Positions 58,642-64,000 of a DNA stretch of 64,000 nucleotides are shown in pieces. Under the pieces are notes generated by a model that was given only the letters and a program-made list of their open reading frames with translations, searched no databases and was not told where the DNA came from. Numbering within the stretch: the stretch's first letter is position 1; every line of letters starts with the position of its first letter. Location: contig OZ024748.1 in assembly GCA_964016885.1 (NCBI GenBank), positions 57,784,001-57,848,000 on the forward strand, in the 5' to 3' direction. The DNA is from Eledone cirrhosa. Lineage: Eukaryota. The position numbers and the translations under genes are program-made.

Positions 58642-58848
58642 TAAATATATATTAGGATTAGTGCTCTGAAATAGCGATGTATACATGAATGTATGTATAG
58701 TATATTTGGCAATACACCGTATGTTTAATTAAGAACATTTTGAAGACCTTGCGCTATCATTCTAAAGTAGTGACAATGTCACTTATTTCTTTTTTCGGCA
58801 AAGGAAGGGAGAGAAGCTGACAAATTCTGTTTCAAATATATACATATA

Positions 58849-58937
58849 CAGGCTGTCACCAAAAAGCACCAACAGTATTTTAATAACTATAGCCTGTACA
58901 ATTAATCAAAATGTTGAAGTGTTTTCGGGACACCCTG
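58849..58937. mobile_element. Possible Tc1/mariner-type mini-MITE
   Basis: Imperfect TIRs CAGGCTGTCACCAAAAAGCAC / CAGGGTGTCCCGAAAACAC near TA. Confidence 0.4.
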
Positions 58938-58940
58938 TGT

Positions 58941-58971
<31 letters not shown>

Positions 58972-60681
58972 CAAAGGATATATATGGAGAGAGAGAGATA
59001 AGCAGGCAGAATTATGTTTAGTATTGTAAAGACAAATTGTTTGAAATCGTATCGTGACATATGACTTTACATTTTCGTATTTGTGATAACGTTCGAAAAT
59101 ATTCACATATTTACTTCAGTTTCAAATTTTAAGACATGTAATTCATAATAAATTGATATGTCAAATAGACCATCTGCTAAAAAATATAGGAATACGATAA
59201 ACATGCATATATATATCCATATTTCTGTAAGGTGACACTTAATTAAAAATATAATTAATTCAAGATATATAGAGAAGGCCCAAATAAAGAACGTCATCAG
59301 TTTGAGAATTATTTAATATGGAACATATGGAACAAAAGTAAATAATTGATTCTTCAATGTTTGCCAGGTTTTCAAGGATATATATAGTACACGGCTCTGA
59401 AATAGCTACATACTCTTAAACAACGAGGCTTGTCAAATCTACAACGACGTAATATTTGTATTTTTCCCTTTGTATTGTTTCAGCTGAAACGCAACCTACA
59501 CTATAATACAGCAATGTGAACAACTTGTTTCATTAAAGCAAGTTCGCGCCAGGTAGGTTATTCCATCTATTTAACTTTATATGTAAGCAGCCTCAGTGTA
59601 CTAACCAATGCCGGGATCGTATTTTGCTACTAATATTTTGAATATAAAATCTATACGTATCCAATGTTGAAAACTGTAACGAAAGGGAACTCATTGACAT
59701 GACAAAGAAACGTAAATTAATTATTTTACATTATATTTCGATTTTACATAGATTTGACAAGAAAAGATCCTATACTTGGACATTTGAAATGCTAAGGACA
59801 TATGTTGAATTCATTTTGAATAAAACGTTATCTACTTAAAAGGAATAGCGTCTGTATCGTGTCTGAAACAAACGGCGGAATACAAAAACATAGATTAATC
59901 TAAATAATAAATTGAATGATGATACGTATATCCTAAATACGTTGCATGGATGTAAAATGTTGCATTTCTGGAGCAGAAAACGTAGTTTGTCACAGGAAAG
60001 AAACTAGAATACATTCTTTTTTCAATTACTGAGGAAACGCTATTTCAGTAATTATATGGCAACATGGAAAAAAGAATCGATTTCCAAAGGATAAAAGAAA
60101 GCAAAAAGGTTAAAATGAAAAAGTGCTATGTGGAAACTTTCCATTTATCGTTGTGCTTTAAGCACAATTACACGGGGGGAAATGTATCAATTGTTAGCTA
60201 AATGTTAGCTTCAATGAATAAAGACGAATATGTGGTTCTCGTGACAACTCTTTGTTGTGGTTTTTATAGCGTCGAAATGAATTGAAATGAAAAAAGATAA
60301 TTAATGAATATCACGTGCTAAATCAGTGTAGCAGAGACGTTATTTACTCAATAGGGATTTCATAGATAATGTTTCAAACTACCATAAATCAAACTATTAG
60401 ATTGTGAAGATTTTATATTAATCTCTACTATAAAAGACAAGCTGATCTCTGTCCATAACAACATATATGTGGAAAAGGGGGGAAAAGTAAAAGGCCGTTG
60501 TTGTCAAGAAAAATAATGAGAGAGAGAGAGAGAGAGAGATAGAGTGAGAGAGAGAGATTGCGTATTTGGGAAAGAGAGGTGGATCGTATATGACGGCAGA
60601 AAGAAAGTGACGTCAACAATAAAAAAAGACATTTAAGTCCAAGTTTGTAAACGCGTTAATATATACAGCTCCCTCTACCTT

Positions 60682-60880
60682 GAGGGCAGTGGATTGGCAG
60701 TATCGGTAGAGCGTCAGGCACCATGCTTTTCAGCACAGAGTTATGGCCCTTTACGTTCTGAGTTCAAATCCCGCCGACGTTAAATTTGCCTTTCATCCTT
60801 ACGGTGTCGATAAAATAAAGTACCAGTAATACACTGGGGTCGATTTATCGACTTTCCCCTTCCCCCAAATTGTTGGCCAT
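60682..60880 (+). mobile_element. tRNA-derived SINE with 13-bp TSD
   Basis: ctccctctacctt on both flanks; A and B boxes present. Confidence 0.9.
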
Positions 60881-61241
60881 CTCCCTCTACCTTACACACA
60901 CACATACACACACGCTCCCACACTCACTCACTGCCTCATTCACTCACTTACTCACCACTCCCCCTCTCTCTCTTTATATCCCTATCAGCAACATTCTTTA
61001 CTTCTCAACTCTTCTCTCCTTTGGGAATTTGTTGTTGCTGAGAGGGAAATGCAGTGAAATAGAGTGTGTGTGTGTGGGGGGGGGGGGTGTAATATAGAGG
61101 GGAAGATAGTTGAAAAGCTTTATTCAACAATATAGTTGTGTCAAAATAACAATTTGACATATTCCAATATCTCTCTAGATTTCACACACACTCTCTCTCT
61201 AATTACTTTTCGCTCCTGTAGTTGTTGCTAGATGAATACAG

Positions 61242-61277
<36 letters not shown>

Positions 61278-61588
61278 TGTGTGTGTGTGTATGTGTGTGT
61301 GTGTATGAGGGGGAATGCAGATTTTAAAAAAATAGACTTTACCCTATAGACCACGCAACACAGACTTCAAAAAAGGCCAACTGGAACAAGTATCGTGAAA
61401 CACAAAGTTGGTATGTTCCATCAATTGCAGTGACTCGGGCAGCTGGACATAGGGAATATGTTATTAAGGTTTAGCCAGAAGAAAATAATCGTTTGCAGAC
61501 TCTTTGAGATCCTGGAAATTGAACGTAGGATGACTACAAAGAAAATATTGAGTGGATAGGAGACTTGATACACGCATATTATATATTA

Positions 61589-61815
61589 TGGGCGAAGTAT
61601 TGGCAGAATCATTAAAGCGTCGGACAAATGTCTAGCTCTGTTTTTCGACACCTTACACCTTTTGTTCAAACCCCACCAAGTTCAAATTTATATTTCATGC
61701 TATTGAGCTTCGATAAAAAAAAAAATAACAATCAAGTCCTGGTGTCGATTTAATCGCTTTTCGCTTCTGCCCAAATTAATGTCCTTAATTAGATATTACA
61801 ATCCTAGAAATAATT
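61589..61815 (+). mobile_element. Old diverged SINE copy
   Basis: tggcagaatc..gttcaaaccc..gtcgatttaatcg. Confidence 0.55.
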
Positions 61816-62810
61816 ATCACATATTTATTTCTCTATAGAAGGCTTGCAACTAAGATATTGCTCACTGGAAACGTAAGTTAGAAAACATACTAATTTATGC
61901 CAAGAAATATGGTGCAGATATAACACTGCGGGTAATTTAGATTTCACACTTAACTATTAAAGAAATATCGGCTATCGATCGATATCTTATTTCTGCGCCT
62001 GGGTGTCACTCTCAATTCTACTGTTTCCATATTTTCGTCAATATATATGCGTTCATTTATATAACTATCCTCTCATCATTTACATAATTATTATATAAGG
62101 GAAACATGATGTGTCACATGGGCTGTTGCGAACACGTAATTACAGCCATTAAACTCTCAAAAAAGAGGAAACGTAATATGATATCTCTCAAAAGAAAAAC
62201 TTGTATTATAATTAAATATAGGGAAAAGCTCCTTTGAGAATAGAGGAAAAATTCATTTCAGATTATATTGCATCTTTCTGTAAATACAACAAAAATGAAA
62301 CCGTATTTAGATATTTCTAAAATGTTCTTTAACATGACGTGATGTTAGCGGAAAATGAAATATAATGATGTAACGACTGGGTAATAAATAACGAAAAGAA
62401 TCGATTAATGTAATCTTTATTCAACATTTACTGATACACTCGTATATCGATGAGAAGGAAATTTACACAAAAGCATGGCATACTATCTGTGTGTTTACAT
62501 AAACATTCCCAGTTTAGCTTCATCTCCTTCCATCTCGCCCTCCGTTTTTCTTTTCCCTTCTTTCTTTCTTCTTTCTTACTCATTCTCTTTATATATATAT
62601 ATATATGTTTGTGTGTGTGCTGTTGTTAGATATTTATATATGTAATACGCTATCACTCTGCCTACGACATTCGCAAATATACACAACCACCCACACAAGC
62701 ATACATATAAGCTCTTTGCCATTATCCATTCATTAAACATATAATGCAATTAAATTTCAAATGGCGATATGAAATATAGTTTATCTAGTTATATATATAG
62801 TTATATATAG

Positions 62811-62856
<46 letters not shown>

Positions 62857-63459
62857 CCATATAAACAACTATATATAGTTATATATAGTTATATATATAT
62901 ATATATAACTATATAAACATTAATATTCAGCATTAATTTTGACGCTAAACCCCATTTGCAACATGAGATATTTTTCTCCACAAAGTTCGATCACCAGCAG
63001 TAGATTTTAAAGATCAAATCCAGTCCTTAAGTTGACATTATCAAGCCATCGTTTTGGCTGCCGGTCTTTGCTCTACTCACCAGCCATCCTTCCTTCCAGG
63101 CATAGCCTACTCTTACCACGAGTTAATCATTTTATGACCCTATAGTTTGTCTGAATGTGAATGCAGGTTGTTTTTTGTTTGTGCAATGTCGTTATAAAAA
63201 CAGGATGGAAACTTAGATATTCTAATATATCCGAGGTTTAAACTGGTGCTTCATAAACGAAATTTGTTCTGTGAATTTAGTACTGCATTTCGTTACGACG
63301 TTGGAGTTCTTTTCTTATACTTTGCCTGTTTTAACATTAATTTTTAATTACGGCTAACTAATTTACTATTCCATTTCGTTTCCACATTTGGAAACTTTCC
63401 CAATTCAAATATTGTAAATTGCCAAAATTGCCACAATTGTGATGTAAATCCACTCAGAA

Positions 63460-63520
<61 letters not shown>

Positions 63521-63527
<7 letters not shown>

Positions 63528-63666
63528 ATGCTTTTGGAGGGTAATGTTGCCAATAAGAAACACACGCACCAGTTACTTTCACTTCAATTTATTATAAATT
63601 AAATTTATAAATTTAGGAATTTATAAATTTCCGGTTGGTTGGTTCCACAACCAGACGATTGTTCAT
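63521..63666 (-). mobile_element. Family B terminus
   Basis: Reverse complement of 73-207. Confidence 0.75.
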
Positions 63667-64000
63667 ATATATGGTTATAAGTGTTGTATTATGTACGTTG
63701 ACAGTACGTTTCTGAGGGAGAATACCAACATTGAAACATCATATGTATTCGTACTAGAACCTATAATGGCATATATTACGAGACATATTTATTTACATAT
63801 GATTTAATTGAAATGTTCTTACTACGTTCACATAGATTGTGATTAACGTTGTGTGTGTTTGTAAGTTGGTAGGTATGTACGTTTGTTTTATGTTTGTGCA
63901 TGCATTCATTTTCCTATATATATTTAGTTCTTATATTTATATTTGTTCACATATCTATTTGATTCAATGTTTGTGCATGCATTCATTTTCCTATATATAT

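Overview
AT-rich eukaryotic, most likely animal, non-coding DNA (intronic or intergenic), packed with (TA)n/(CA)n/(GA)n/(TAG)n microsatellites. The SINE and MITE content resembles octopus/cephalopod repeats, which is recall-based inference. No host gene could be identified, and nearly all listed ORFs are microsatellite translations. Recognisable mobile DNA: two Penelope-like retroelement (PLE) fragments (RT thumb plus GIY-YIG at 15.9-18.3 kb; YRDD-type RT at 26.8-28.3 kb), two R4/Dong-like RLE-LINE fragments, an internally deleted HERO-like LINE, a non-autonomous RTE-derived family, about 10 tRNA-derived SINEs, a non-autonomous Helitron and small MITEs. The most notable signal is at least eight distinct families of short non-coding elements in (TA)n tracts that carry minimal type I hammerhead ribozyme (HHR) motifs with palindromic stem III (PLE/retrozyme-like). 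Many form fold-back palindromes whose axis falls in a small hairpin of the element, often HHR stem II or III. Two of the HHRs show the compensatory U3-A8 core variant. All folding and alignments were done by eye, so coordinates are approximate.
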